Numbered from the stretch's first letter, positions 45,268 to 55,807 are shown. The stretch: DNA of 56,733 bases from a virus (IMGVR_UViG_3300025087_000080:1-56733); one strand, 5' to 3'. Numbers and translations: made by a program. The notes: generated by a model not told the origin, from the letters alone.

Positions 45268-45489
45268 TTAACTCCAGAGAATAATGTAAGCCAGAAACCC
45301 GATGCACAGGCTTGTCAGGATGCAGTTGAAAATCAATGACTGCAACAATTCAGTTTTCCGTGCCTTGATCATGGCATCATTCAATTCCTTCATGCTTCTT
45401 TGATGTTCCATCTCCCCAGCACGCCACGATTCCAAATACGCTGTATACTTGGCGGTGACGTTCTCTGCATTGATTGGCTCTTCGTTCAT
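45268..45489 (-). CDS. Small protein with C-terminal transmembrane helix
   Basis: ATGA coupling; hydrophobic C-terminus. Confidence 0.55.
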   Translation of the reverse strand: MNEEPINAENVTAKYTAYLESWRAGEMEHQRSMKELNDAMIKARKTELLQSLIFNCILTSLCIGFLAYIILWS

Positions 45490-46421
45490 TTTTCCCCTCT
45501 TGTATAGCCACCATGTTTGACCTTGCGTATCAACCCTAACCGGGCAAGTTTCAGAACTATATGTCTCACTGAATTTGTGGGTAATTTAAGTTCAATAGCA
45601 ATATCAGCAGGACTGACTGGCTCCTCGTGCTCCCCAATATAATTCAGAATTCTCTTTTGTTCTGGCGACCGGCTACCTGCCTGAATCTGTGACTCTGTTT
45701 GCTTATTCAGGATACGCCATTGACACTCCTCGCTATTGTATGAAGCGGAATATGAATCACTTTCCAAATCCCTTCCCCTGACATGCAGGGTAGCTAAATT
45801 ATTGTCAGAATGTTGGAGCACGATCATTGTATCAACAATCCCAGTTAATCCAAATGTCCCTGAGATACCCGAGAAGGGATCATCACTTTCGCTCTTGCGG
45901 ATATGGTGAATCATGAGAACACAGAGATGATTCTGGATCGCTGTTTTCTGTAGAGGTGCAAGGAATTGTGAGTCCAGATCATACTGACTCGCCTTGTCTT
46001 TTTGTCTTCCCCGCAACCGTCCCATAGTGTCAAGCACAATCAAACGGAGGTTGCCGTGTTCATCAATGAATTTCTGGAGATCCTCTTCGCCACCATGCAA
46101 TAACGGTTTCCAGTTTGTTGTCAGAAACAGATTCTCTGTAATTGCCAGATCAGGGTTTGAGGCGGTGATCTGTCTGATTCGATTCTGTAGCCTTGATTCC
46201 CCGTCTTCCATCGCCACAAAGAGCACTTCTCCGGTTTCCGTTGGGAAATAGTTCAGGGCGATTTCCCCATTAGCGACAGAGATTGCTATTTCTAATGCTA
46301 AATAAGACTTCCCGCTCTTTGGTTTTCCCGCTAGTATAGCTAACCCCTCGGGCAAAAGTCCCTCAACAGCCCAGCGCATGGGAGGCAAACTTTTAAGCAT
46401 TAGCGACTTTGAGGTTATCAA
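45486..46421 (-). CDS. RepA/AAA_25-type RecA-fold helicase with C-terminal wHTH
   Basis: 'W.VEGLLPEG...LAGKPKSGKS', 'VLFVAMED', LIVLDT, 'IHH.RK', 'ISGT.G..G..D', GRD. Confidence 0.88.
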   Translation of the reverse strand: MITSKSLMLKSLPPMRWAVEGLLPEGLAILAGKPKSGKSYLALEIAISVANGEIALNYFPTETGEVLFVAMEDGESRLQNRIRQITASNPDLAITENLFLTTNWKPLLHGGEEDLQKFIDEHGNLRLIVLDTMGRLRGRQKDKASQYDLDSQFLAPLQKTAIQNHLCVLMIHHIRKSESDDPFSGISGTFGLTGIVDTMIVLQHSDNNLATLHVRGRDLESDSYSASYNSEECQWRILNKQTESQIQAGSRSPEQKRILNYIGEHEEPVSPADIAIELKLPTNSVRHIVLKLARLGLIRKVKHGGYTRGEK

Positions 46422-46541
46422 TACGCAATCCGATTATTGAGTTTGCTCCACGAGCAAAATGTTTAGTTGAAGTTTTACCTGAAAATACCTTATCTTAGGG
46501 GAGTAAACAAGAACAAAAAGTGCTCCACGGGAGGTTAGACA

Positions 46542-46973
46542 ATGGTGAACAAGGTTATTCTAGTAGGTAATGTGGGAAGAGATCCTGAATTGACATACTC
46601 GCAGACTGGGACACCGTGCTGCAAGATGTCTCTTGCCACGTCTGAGAAATATAAGGACTCCGCTGGCAATCAGCAAGAACAAACGGAATGGCACTCATTA
46701 GTTATCTGGAAAAAACTTGCAGAAATCGCTAACGAGTACGTCCGCAAGGGCTCGCAACTCTATATTGAGGGGAAGATCACGTATCGGAAGTGGGAAACAA
46801 AGGACGGAGAGAAGCGAAACTCAACTGAAATTGTGGTTTTGCACATGAAAATACTTGGTGGTTTTAATAAGAAGGAAGAGAATGCAGTGGAAAAGAAAAC
46901 CGCGGCACCACGGTCTGTTGCTACACAACCCGAGCAAAACGAGGGTGGCAAAGAAGAGGATTTGCCATTCTGA
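46542..46973 (+). CDS. ssb: Single-stranded DNA-binding protein
   Basis: VNKVILVGNVGRDPE, TEWH, KGSQLYIEG and acidic tail EEDLPF. Confidence 0.97.
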   Translation: MVNKVILVGNVGRDPELTYSQTGTPCCKMSLATSEKYKDSAGNQQEQTEWHSLVIWKKLAEIANEYVRKGSQLYIEGKITYRKWETKDGEKRNSTEIVVLHMKILGGFNKKEENAVEKKTAAPRSVATQPEQNEGGKEEDLPF

Positions 46974-47680
46974 TGAAGACTATCTTTCCGACTAATCAAG
47001 TCCATTGCGCAGATTGCATGAAGATACTCCCCTTACTCTCTGCGGGGAGTGTTAATTCAATTATTACAGATCCACCGTATGGGATAGACTATCAATCGAA
47101 TCGAAGGGTAATAACCAAGAGATCAGATAAGATAGTAGGGGATGCTGCGGTATGTGATAACGGCTTTTTAAGTGAATGCTATCGTGTGTTATCTAACGAT
47201 AGCGCAATGCTATTGTTTACTCGTTGGGATGTTTGGTCACAATGGGAATCATTGGTCAAGGTGGCAGGCTTCAGAATTGCCAATATGATTGTGTGGGACA
47301 AAATGAATCACACTGCTGGTGATCTGAAGGGAAACCTTTCATTTCAACACGAGTTGATTATTCTCGCAATTAAGGGTAGGTTCAAGCTCCGCAGTGAGCG
47401 GCGAGACTGTAATTTATGGTCGGTGCCAAGCCAACAGTCCCCTCCTCTTCACCCTACTGAGAAGCCGGTACATCTATTAGAACGGGCTGTATACAATTTT
47501 ACCCACCTCGGCGATCTGGTACTTGATCCGTTTGCCGGAGTGGGTAGTACGTTGCTTGCAGCAAAGAATTATGGCAGGCAATACCTTGGGATTGAGATTG
47601 AGATGCGTTATGTCAAAATCTGTGAGGAACGACTTAAGCAAACAATACTGGCAACAACAATGTCTTGGGTAGGAGCGTGA
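46973..47680 (+). CDS. Orphan N6-adenine/N4-cytosine DNA methyltransferase (beta class)
   Basis: TDPPY, HPTEKP, LDPFAGVGST and GIEIE motifs. Confidence 0.93.
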   Translation: MKTIFPTNQVHCADCMKILPLLSAGSVNSIITDPPYGIDYQSNRRVITKRSDKIVGDAAVCDNGFLSECYRVLSNDSAMLLFTRWDVWSQWESLVKVAGFRIANMIVWDKMNHTAGDLKGNLSFQHELIILAIKGRFKLRSERRDCNLWSVPSQQSPPLHPTEKPVHLLERAVYNFTHLGDLVLDPFAGVGSTLLAAKNYGRQYLGIEIEMRYVKICEERLKQTILATTMSWVGA

Positions 47681-47690
47681 GATCCATAGA

Positions 47691-48125
47691 ATGAACGACA
47701 ATAGATTTAAGTGTAAGATCATCTGCGATGCCGTTGATTCCCTGATCCTGATAGAGGGAATCGCTACCAAATATGACCCATGGAATTTCAACGGGCACAA
47801 GGACTATCTGCGTGAGTTGTTCCGATGTATCGAAATCCATTGCCTCAAGAACGCAGATTACACGGGTGGCGGGGATGACGACGATCCGCTCGCAAATTTC
47901 AAAGATTCCGAAAAATACGGTGTCGAGAATGTGACAGGGATTTTCCTACGCATGGGTGACAAGATGCGCAGGCTTCAGACGTTTTCTCGCAACGGAAAAC
48001 TGTCTGTTCAGGGTGAAACCGTTAAGGATGCGCTAAGGGATATAGCTAATTACTCCTTGCTTGCTTTGGCGATGATTGATGAACAGGAGGAGGAAAGTAT
48101 TCAGGATGAAATCTCGAATGACTGA
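47691..48125 (+). CDS. Nucleotide-modification-associated domain protein (DUF1599/Nmad1-like, all-alpha NTP-PPase-like)
   Basis: 'KNADY....DPLANF...R..DK..RL......E...D.L.DIANY' motif. Confidence 0.75.
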   Translation: MNDNRFKCKIICDAVDSLILIEGIATKYDPWNFNGHKDYLRELFRCIEIHCLKNADYTGGGDDDDPLANFKDSEKYGVENVTGIFLRMGDKMRRLQTFSRNGKLSVQGETVKDALRDIANYSLLALAMIDEQEEESIQDEISND

Positions 48126-48153
48126 CCATTTTGCTGACGCCGGGAAAATGATC
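48124..48153. repeat. 30-bp imperfect palindrome, inverted partner of 34931..34960
   Basis: GACCATTTTGCTGACGCCGGGAAAATGATC. Confidence 0.9.
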
Positions 48154-48221
48154 TATGCGTGCAGATGTAACAACGGCAAGATTCCTGAACAAGAAATCTT
48201 ATTCCTATAGAGGAGTCAAAA

Positions 48222-48476
48222 GTGCGGTTTATAGATAAAAACACAAAGACTTTCAAATTGCGGAAAGAGATATACGAGGTGCTGTGGGGTGTTGGGGATG
48301 GCGTCCAACTAAGTGACCTTGTTGAGGTTATGGACGATTATGAGTTTCCTGATATAACCAGTGCCAGCGATGCAATCAGTCGTGAACTCTACAAGTTGAA
48401 ACAGGAAAAGGAAGCTGTGCGCACGTTAGGTGGACTGTGGTATGCGTTAGGTTCGGCTAAAAAGTATTTATCTTAA
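48222..48476 (+). CDS. Small winged-helix-like protein
   Basis: GAGGAG SD, GTG start; 'ISRELYKLK....VR..GGLW'. Confidence 0.55.
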   Translation: MRFIDKNTKTFKLRKEIYEVLWGVGDGVQLSDLVEVMDDYEFPDITSASDAISRELYKLKQEKEAVRTLGGLWYALGSAKKYLS

Positions 48477-48732
48477 CTCCTCCCTCTATTGCTTGACATG
48501 CCTCTTGAGTCTGAGATAGCTTGCACATATCTCAATTCAAGAGGCATTATGTATCAAGACTATTCTATCCTGTTGATTCCTTCATTTATCCCAAGAATGA
48601 TTCCTCGCCCTATTTTTGGTGGGGATTATACCCGCTGTTATTTTGATTCTACGTATTATCCCTTCCCATTCAATTATGGATATATTATCCACGAGAATCC
48701 GTTCCTTGATGAAACAACTGGTGGAAATATAA

Positions 48733-49314
48733 ATGGCTGGTAAAAAAGAAAAACAACCGCTTATTGTTTCTGAACTAACCCCATGTCTGCGTCCAGACCC
48801 AGAAGTTGTTGACGAGTGCAAAAAGTTAAGCAGCGACGAGTGGGAATTGGCAAGGCGCGAAGCATTTTCCTCGCTTTCCGTTAAGCATAGAGCAATCTTG
48901 ATAGATCTTCTGATGATGCTTAATGATCCGTCAAGCGGGATAACCATTCAAAGCATTGGTCGAGACGTTGGGATGACCCAGCAGGGGATCTATGTTCTCT
49001 TGCGCAATGGCGGGAAGTTCAAGCGCGCTTATACCTTAAGTCTGATGGGTTCGGATTTTACAGAGGAAGAGATCCGTGTCACCTTGCGTAAGATTATCGG
49101 GAAGGCGATGAACGATGAGACTCTGAATCTGAATGCGGCGGTGAATGGCACTAAACTGATGATGATGGCTAAGGGAATGTTCGATGGTCAGGGGAATCAG
49201 CGCAGTATCGCCTTGACTGTCATTGATAATAGCACAAAGAATATCATTATGGAGAATATGCGGAAACCAAAATTCATAGAGGCAGAGGTTGCAAAACAAA
49301 CCGAAGAAGACTAG
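48733..49314 (+). CDS. terS: Putative terminase small subunit
   Basis: HTH-like 'TIQSIGRDVGMTQQGIY', 'KGMF' motif; directly upstream of the large terminase. Confidence 0.65.
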   Translation: MAGKKEKQPLIVSELTPCLRPDPEVVDECKKLSSDEWELARREAFSSLSVKHRAILIDLLMMLNDPSSGITIQSIGRDVGMTQQGIYVLLRNGGKFKRAYTLSLMGSDFTEEEIRVTLRKIIGKAMNDETLNLNAAVNGTKLMMMAKGMFDGQGNQRSIALTVIDNSTKNIIMENMRKPKFIEAEVAKQTEED

Positions 49315-51025
49315 ATCAAAGCCTGTATGGATTAAGGGTGGAGCACCAAGGAAGGTTGCTCCCTCCCCTCCAATCCTTCCCGAGAGAATAATAGTAGATC
49401 CCGAGACGCAAGCTGAGGTTGGTCACGCAGAGTATGAGCCACAGGAGCCAAGCTCTTCTATGGGGAGACCCCCCAAGGGGACGCCACCCAAGAAGAAAAA
49501 GGCATTGAATATAGGGGACTATGGTGAAATCTATGCACTGAAGGATACTCAAAAGAACTTTGTTTATGACTTCTCGCACCCCTTTGTAGCTATGGGCGGT
49601 GGATGGGCAAACGGTAAAACCTATGCGCTTTGCAGGAAAGTCATACTGCTTGCAGACCTGATTCCAGGAATCAAGATTATGATGCTCCAGGTTACGGAGC
49701 GACAGATAAAAATATCATTGCTTCCCGAATTTGTTCATGCGTTGATGGGAAACTTCGCAACTTCCGATGATCTCAATAGTGATCCAAGAGTTAAACGATG
49801 GTCAAAGGGTGATTTGATTCTTGAATTTGTGAACGGGTCAAGGGTTGATTTTATGGCTTTTGGTGAAGCCTCTCATGGGGTGGCACAAGCGAATAAAATG
49901 TTATCTGCGACTTATGGTGCTATTGCTGCGGATCAAGCCGATCAAATGAATGAAGAAACATTTTTCAGCCTTCGAGGGCGGAATCGCCAGAAGTTGGTGG
50001 ATGCTAAAGGGAATCCGCTTTGGAACTTTTTTATGATCACCTATAATCCGGAGGCATACTCACACTGGATCTATCAGACATACGTAAAAAAAAGCCCTGA
50101 GAAGATTGGGACGATAGGGCATTTGTATAAAACATACGAATACTCGTCTCGCGTTGGTGATTTAATGGACGAGCATAAGTTGCAGGAATGGGAAAGCATG
50201 GACGAGCATATTCGCAAACGCTACGTAGATGGCGTTTGGGGTGCATTCGGGGACATGCTGTATAAGGAATTTGACCCAGATATTCATGTGATCCCTGGAT
50301 TCAGGGTGCCTAACAATTGGGATTTTCACCTTGTGTTTGACTACGGGTTTACCCACGAGAGTTGTTTCCATCTCTACGCTGTGAGTCGGAGGTGTGATGA
50401 AACTCCTACAATCCCGGAAGGGTTTGCTTTCCTGATATGGGAACATTATCAATCACAGTGGACTACAAGAGAGCATTTGAATATGGTACGTCCACAGCTT
50501 ATTGGTCGCAGAATGGGTGACAATTGGTGCGATCCTGCAATTTGGAATGTGCGCAGTGACGGAAAGAGTATCGGGGACGATTATCTTGAGGGAGGAATTC
50601 ATTTCCATCCCGCAGATAACTCGCAATTACGAGGAGTTGTTGCTACATTAGAGATGTTGCAGGCTCGTCCTGACAGATACAACGAGGCAACCGGATTATT
50701 AGTGCAAATGTATGGGGACGGGCAATTTATTCCTGATAAGATAAAAGAGTTGCAAAGGGCTCCAAAACTTTTTATCTTTGCTAATATCGCTCCACATGCA
50801 GTTGAAGAGATTCCTAGCGTTCGAGTGAGTGAGCAGAGATATATGGGCGGTGGGGGAACCTACTTAGCAAATATCAAGAAGGATCACGCAGCGGATTGCG
50901 TGAGGTACTTCTGCAATCAATTAACTGTTGAGCAGAATCCGGAAATAAGTGAGGCGATGCAGTCTCCGCATTGGAAGATAATCTTAGCTCGAAAGCGTAA
51001 AAACGTAGGGTGGCGTGTAGCTTAA
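49289..51025 (+). CDS. terL: Terminase large subunit
   Basis: GGGWANGKT Walker A, ADQADQ Walker B variant, TYNP, 'RYVDGVW', FDYG, 'CDPA', DHAADCVRY. Exact start uncertain. Confidence 0.9.
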   Translation: MQNKPKKTRSKPVWIKGGAPRKVAPSPPILPERIIVDPETQAEVGHAEYEPQEPSSSMGRPPKGTPPKKKKALNIGDYGEIYALKDTQKNFVYDFSHPFVAMGGGWANGKTYALCRKVILLADLIPGIKIMMLQVTERQIKISLLPEFVHALMGNFATSDDLNSDPRVKRWSKGDLILEFVNGSRVDFMAFGEASHGVAQANKMLSATYGAIAADQADQMNEETFFSLRGRNRQKLVDAKGNPLWNFFMITYNPEAYSHWIYQTYVKKSPEKIGTIGHLYKTYEYSSRVGDLMDEHKLQEWESMDEHIRKRYVDGVWGAFGDMLYKEFDPDIHVIPGFRVPNNWDFHLVFDYGFTHESCFHLYAVSRRCDETPTIPEGFAFLIWEHYQSQWTTREHLNMVRPQLIGRRMGDNWCDPAIWNVRSDGKSIGDDYLEGGIHFHPADNSQLRGVVATLEMLQARPDRYNEATGLLVQMYGDGQFIPDKIKELQRAPKLFIFANIAPHAVEEIPSVRVSEQRYMGGGGTYLANIKKDHAADCVRYFCNQLTVEQNPEISEAMQSPHWKIILARKRKNVGWRVA

Positions 51026-51043
51026 CTGGGAACAAATTGTATT

Positions 51044-51625
51044 ATGACTAAGTGCAGAGAAAAGATCGAATATCTTGACATGGCTCCTGTTGGTGCGTTA
51101 ATAAACAGGGAGTCGCTCATACTCTGGGCGCGGAAATACTATGAAGAAGCACTTGCTCACCCTCCTGACAATGCACCTGGTGGAGACAAAATATCAAATA
51201 ATGATCTGTACAATATAGCAATCCGCGGGTTGAAAGAGAATATGATGCCTACCGCTGATTTGCTTATCAGCATGACGTCGCGTAGTGGTATGTGGAAATC
51301 AGAGCATTCAACCTATATCTTTTGGATGTCTCTGATGCAGTACGATCTGTCGGTATCCTACAAAAACGTAGTCGCAATTCGGGACGAAATCCTTGAGCAC
51401 AGGATGGTTCCTGTTTTAGTTGATACTGGTTGGTTTGACGATAACGGGAATTTGGTGCGGGACAGATTGAAGGACGTTGACTACAACGTAATTCGTGGAC
51501 TCCTGGCACATTTGAATATCCCGTTTGATAAAGGGAACAAGGAAGAGTTGATAGACCTTCTGGAAGAGATCACAAATGGCAAGGCGAAGAACCCGGCTGA
51601 AGTTAAATCCTTCCGGCTACGTTAA
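51044..51625 (+). CDS. Hypothetical protein with C-terminal HeH/SAP-like motif
   Basis: 'YNVIRGLLAHLNIPFDKGNKEELIDLL'; between terL and the portal. Confidence 0.55.
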   Translation: MTKCREKIEYLDMAPVGALINRESLILWARKYYEEALAHPPDNAPGGDKISNNDLYNIAIRGLKENMMPTADLLISMTSRSGMWKSEHSTYIFWMSLMQYDLSVSYKNVVAIRDEILEHRMVPVLVDTGWFDDNGNLVRDRLKDVDYNVIRGLLAHLNIPFDKGNKEELIDLLEEITNGKAKNPAEVKSFRLR

Positions 51626-53666
51626 TGGGGTTTTTGTTGAGAACCTTATTGACTGGTGCAATGCGAGGATAAAAGAGAGTCGGGAGTATAAAAATAGTCT
51701 GGTGCCAAATTTGCCAGGTAGTGGCAGGGCGAGTAGCTATGCCAATTTTCTTTCAGAACTAGAAGAGTGGGAAACGGGTGACAGAAGGCTCCCCGATAAC
51801 ATCGCTATTACAGGCGGGACGAACGAGGCAACAAACGAGAATATCATCTGGAAAACCAATGATACTATCCGGGCGATGATTGATGAAAAGGATTATGACA
51901 TTAACCATGTACCAGAAGGCCCGGAAGATAGCGATTCTTTAGCCTCAACAATAGCCGCGGTGCGCTCTTATGAATGGCGCATGGATAAGTGCAGTGATGT
52001 GATACGAAGCATGATGAAAGAGGCAAGCCGATATGGGACGGCTTTTGCTGCGGTTCATGCCTCCAAGTTTATATCTCCTTCTTCTCTAACAGGCACAAGA
52101 ATAATCAGACCAAATATACTCTCTATCCATTGGAATAAAGACGCAGGTAGTTTAGATAATGCAAGATGGTTAAATTACAGTGACCTGCTTTTGGCTGGTG
52201 AAATTGAAGGGGAATTTGGGGTACGAGTTCCTGAAGAGGAATTAGAGAAGAGCATGTCTCACGAAGATGAATATAATCTTATTGCCTTCAAATCCAAGAA
52301 ACCAAACATTTCAGAACGACAAAAGAATGCCGCTGCTAATAAGGACAAAGGTGAACCATTAGGCAGGGTTCAATACTTCTGGATCTATGACGTCACTGTT
52401 TCGGAGAAGCGCGATCCTATCCTGGAGCGCAGGAAAGAAAAAATCAGAGAAGAAGTTGTACTCCCGGCGATGGACGCGGAGGGCAATATGATGAACCCTG
52501 CGGATCTTGGATTGCCTGAAGACTCAGAACTTATTGAGGAACCGGAGCAAAAATACTATAAGGGGATGGTCGATACTGGGATTGAGGAAGAGGCATATTT
52601 CCCAAGGATTGACCCCGATACAGGTCTTGGTGCGGTGAATGTGGAATATATTCGCGAATATCCGCGAGGTCGTCTAATTGTCTATTGTGGAGACGCTCTC
52701 TTGTACGATGGGGTTAATCCCTATAAAATGGAATTTTTGCGTAAGCGCGCGGATCAGAGGTATTTCCCAATACCAGTGTTCTGGATTCATGCAAACGAAT
52801 TGCCAAATCGAGCACTAGCATTATCACACACAGAAATAATACTTGATGATCAAATAGCAATAAATATAAACGTAAATCAAATCCGATTAAGCAATCAAAA
52901 GACTGGTAATAGCCCTACAATACTAGAACAAGGGAATCTTGTTCACCCTGTAGATCCAAGTGATTTGGATTTTAATAACAATTCTGTAATTATAGTGAAA
53001 AAAATAGACGGACTAAAGAATATGACCCAGCCTGGGCTTCCTCAACAGGCGTATGCAGAGAAGAACGCAAAGATTTCAATTGCTGAGGACAAAATCGGGT
53101 TGAATCCTGTGCTTGTCCGAGGGATGACAAATGCCTCTGACCCTGCACAAAAAACAGAGTTCTTAACCAATATGGCGATGAGACGGTCTGCTCCATTTCT
53201 GCGTTCAACTCATAATGCTGTGGTTAAATGGGAAGAGATACGGCTGTCATTGGATCGGCAGTTTATCAGTACTCAATTTAATGTCCCTGTGTCGAAAGGT
53301 AAAAACAAGCAAAACGTGGATTTTAACGGGGAGATGTTGAACAATTACCACGCTCAAATATCCATGCAGGTAATAGATTCAACAGATACAAGGCGCGCCA
53401 AGAAACTTGCAAGTCTATCCCGATTCGGGGAACAGGCAAATGTTCTTATCTCGGCAATCCCTGGTGGGGCGCAGGCTTTTGTTGAGACCATTCTTGAATT
53501 GTCAGATGTTCCCGAGTTTAAGGATAAGTTAGATCAGTATAAAAACCAAGCGATGAACGCTGCCCCCGCTCCCGGAGCAATACCTCCTCAAGGCGGGGCT
53601 GGCACTGTAGATAATATGCAACCGGTACCCCAGATTACGAGCCCGTTAGTGGGATCGCAACAGTAG
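51576..53666 (+). CDS. Portal protein (P22/podovirus-like)
   Basis: 696 aa between terminase and scaffold; 'RYGTAF', 'LYDGVNPY', 'DDQIAIN' and a Gln/Pro-rich tail. Confidence 0.82.
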   Translation: MARRRTRLKLNPSGYVNGVFVENLIDWCNARIKESREYKNSLVPNLPGSGRASSYANFLSELEEWETGDRRLPDNIAITGGTNEATNENIIWKTNDTIRAMIDEKDYDINHVPEGPEDSDSLASTIAAVRSYEWRMDKCSDVIRSMMKEASRYGTAFAAVHASKFISPSSLTGTRIIRPNILSIHWNKDAGSLDNARWLNYSDLLLAGEIEGEFGVRVPEEELEKSMSHEDEYNLIAFKSKKPNISERQKNAAANKDKGEPLGRVQYFWIYDVTVSEKRDPILERRKEKIREEVVLPAMDAEGNMMNPADLGLPEDSELIEEPEQKYYKGMVDTGIEEEAYFPRIDPDTGLGAVNVEYIREYPRGRLIVYCGDALLYDGVNPYKMEFLRKRADQRYFPIPVFWIHANELPNRALALSHTEIILDDQIAININVNQIRLSNQKTGNSPTILEQGNLVHPVDPSDLDFNNNSVIIVKKIDGLKNMTQPGLPQQAYAEKNAKISIAEDKIGLNPVLVRGMTNASDPAQKTEFLTNMAMRRSAPFLRSTHNAVVKWEEIRLSLDRQFISTQFNVPVSKGKNKQNVDFNGEMLNNYHAQISMQVIDSTDTRRAKKLASLSRFGEQANVLISAIPGGAQAFVETILELSDVPEFKDKLDQYKNQAMNAAPAPGAIPPQGGAGTVDNMQPVPQITSPLVGSQQ

Positions 53667-53741
53667 GTGTCCCGATGGATCACCTCAAGGTGACTTTGGC
53701 TTATTACGCAGACCATCACCACACAGGCTTCACAGGAGACA

Positions 53742-54740
53742 ATGTTGGAAAACGATCAAGCAGTTGCTAAACCCCAGTCGGATCAAGGCGATAAGAACAA
53801 TGCCTCTCCGGAAGGTGGAAAGAAAAAGGAAGATGCTTTTGATCTCAAGAAATTAACGAAGGAACAGCTTGATGTCTTGATTAACCCAGAGAAGTCGAAA
53901 GAAAATCCTTCTCCTGTGAATAAGCAAGATGGCAAGATTTCTCCGGAAGTTGAAGAGATGCGGAAGCAATTCCAGGCTCAAACGGATGAAAGAATTAGAG
54001 GAATGCAATCGGTTTATGACAAGCGGATTGCATCTGTTGAAGCCGATTTTGAGAAGAAGCTACAGCTTACGCAAGAGCAGTTAATGTCTAAACTCCCTGT
54101 CAGCAAGGACAGAGGCGAATCAACAGAGGAAAGCGATATTGCCTCGAAGATTGAAACGCTCAAGTCTGAACGTAAAACTGCTGCGGACGAGCGCGACCAT
54201 GACAAGGCTTATAGCATCACGGACGAGATCAATCTCCTCAACAGGAAATTGGAGAAAGTTCGCGATGCAAATAGCGTGATGGTGAAGACAAACACAGAGA
54301 AAGAATTGGAAACACGCATTCAAAAGAAGATAATAAGCCACGAAACAGAGGCACTTCTTTCAATCGCACCAAAGGACGCGGTACTTATTGAAGACGGGCA
54401 TAAGGTTTTTACAAAAGGGTATGTTGCTGAATTGGACGCCCTTGCAAAAGAGGAAAACCTCCCGACTTGGTCAGCGGCAGCGGTTGCACATGCGAAGAAC
54501 AAGGAAATTTCTGCGTTGAAAGCGGAAGTTGTAACCCTCCGAGAGCTGAAGGCTCGGGTCGAGAAGGCTGCGGCAGAAGGACACAAACTTGACGAAGGTG
54601 AAGTTTATGTTCCGCCTAATTCAACAAAGTCTGGGGACACGGACAAAACGAAAAAGAAAACTATTAAACATGAGTTCCGTGACCCTCAATCAATCAAGAG
54701 GCAATTAAAAGATCTTAAGTTAGTTGCTCTCGAAGAATAG
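53742..54740 (+). CDS. Putative scaffolding protein
   Basis: Highly charged coiled-coil protein between portal and MCP; AGGAG SD. Confidence 0.65.
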   Translation: MLENDQAVAKPQSDQGDKNNASPEGGKKKEDAFDLKKLTKEQLDVLINPEKSKENPSPVNKQDGKISPEVEEMRKQFQAQTDERIRGMQSVYDKRIASVEADFEKKLQLTQEQLMSKLPVSKDRGESTEESDIASKIETLKSERKTAADERDHDKAYSITDEINLLNRKLEKVRDANSVMVKTNTEKELETRIQKKIISHETEALLSIAPKDAVLIEDGHKVFTKGYVAELDALAKEENLPTWSAAAVAHAKNKEISALKAEVVTLRELKARVEKAAAEGHKLDEGEVYVPPNSTKSGDTDKTKKKTIKHEFRDPQSIKRQLKDLKLVALEE

Positions 54741-54793
54741 TAGGTAGGATCACGTGAGTCTCTTGTTTATACACCCTGAAAGGGAAAAACAAG

Positions 54794-55807
54794 ATGGCTA
54801 GTGGAACTGCTTTATTCACCAATCTTGGTGTGATATACAACTCCAAGATGCGTGACACTCTGATTGATCAAGTCGCACTTTCCTCACCGCTTATGTATCG
54901 CCTGATGCAGAACAAGCGGTTGGAGGGTGGTGGTGGGGTTAAGATTCCCCTCAACTACGTGCGCAATACCAATATCGGAACAATCACCCCGTTTGCAGAC
55001 CCCAACTATGTTGTCCCGAATACGATGGCATACGCTGAGGAGATGTACGTAACTCTCTCCCAGAATGTGGCGTATTCCGATCTGTTGCGGCGCATGAACG
55101 AGGGTACTGACGAGATGCTTAAGGCAACTCAGTACCTTGCCGATGAAGTAGATCGTGCCCGTAACACGATGGAATACTACATTTCCATGATGATTTTCGG
55201 CGATGGTTCTGATATTGCGGTTCCGGATAGTGGCGGACGCTCTATCAGTGGCTTCACAGGTCTCCGCAAAATTATCTCAACTTCCAATACCGTTCACGGC
55301 ATTTCGCAGAGTACCTATTCTTGGTGGCAGGCTGGTGCTACGACGGCACTCAACAGCGGTACGGCACTTTCATTTGCAAACTTCATCCTGTCCACACACG
55401 CGGGTTATGTTTTCAAGGTACTCCGCAATCTTGTCGGTGCGGCTTCTGTGAACAACAACAAGCCTGACCTGATTGTTACAACTCAGATCATCTCTGATGC
55501 GTACGACACAGCACTTGGCGAGAACAAGCGCATGGTGAATGTAACCCTTGGGGATCATTCTTTTGAGACCCTTGAGTTCCGTGGAATCCCAATCGTTGTT
55601 GACGATCTCTGCCCCGCCGGTTACGGATTTGCATTGAACACCAATCACCTTGCTATTGCAATCAATCCCCCGGGAGAGTTTGTAATGAGTGAATGGGAAA
55701 AACGAGGCGACGCACATATTGCAAGCATTGATCTCGATTTCGCGTTGACCTGCGACATGCCTCGCTATCAGGCACTCTTCTCTGACGGGCCGATCAGTTA
55801 CACCTAA
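54794..55807 (+). CDS. Major capsid protein (HK97 fold)
   Basis: 'IDQV..SSPL', 'IFGDG', 'GL..II', 'I....YSWWQ', 'PDLIVT', 'LEFRGIPIVVD..CP.G....LN'. Confidence 0.85.
   Translation: MASGTALFTNLGVIYNSKMRDTLIDQVALSSPLMYRLMQNKRLEGGGGVKIPLNYVRNTNIGTITPFADPNYVVPNTMAYAEEMYVTLSQNVAYSDLLRRMNEGTDEMLKATQYLADEVDRARNTMEYYISMMIFGDGSDIAVPDSGGRSISGFTGLRKIISTSNTVHGISQSTYSWWQAGATTALNSGTALSFANFILSTHAGYVFKVLRNLVGAASVNNNKPDLIVTTQIISDAYDTALGENKRMVNVTLGDHSFETLEFRGIPIVVDDLCPAGYGFALNTNHLAIAINPPGEFVMSEWEKRGDAHIASIDLDFALTCDMPRYQALFSDGPISYT

Noticed and set aside
48489-48743. 84-aa ORF upstream of terS
   Set aside because: TTG start without an SD and overlap with a possible promoter; not supported as a gene.
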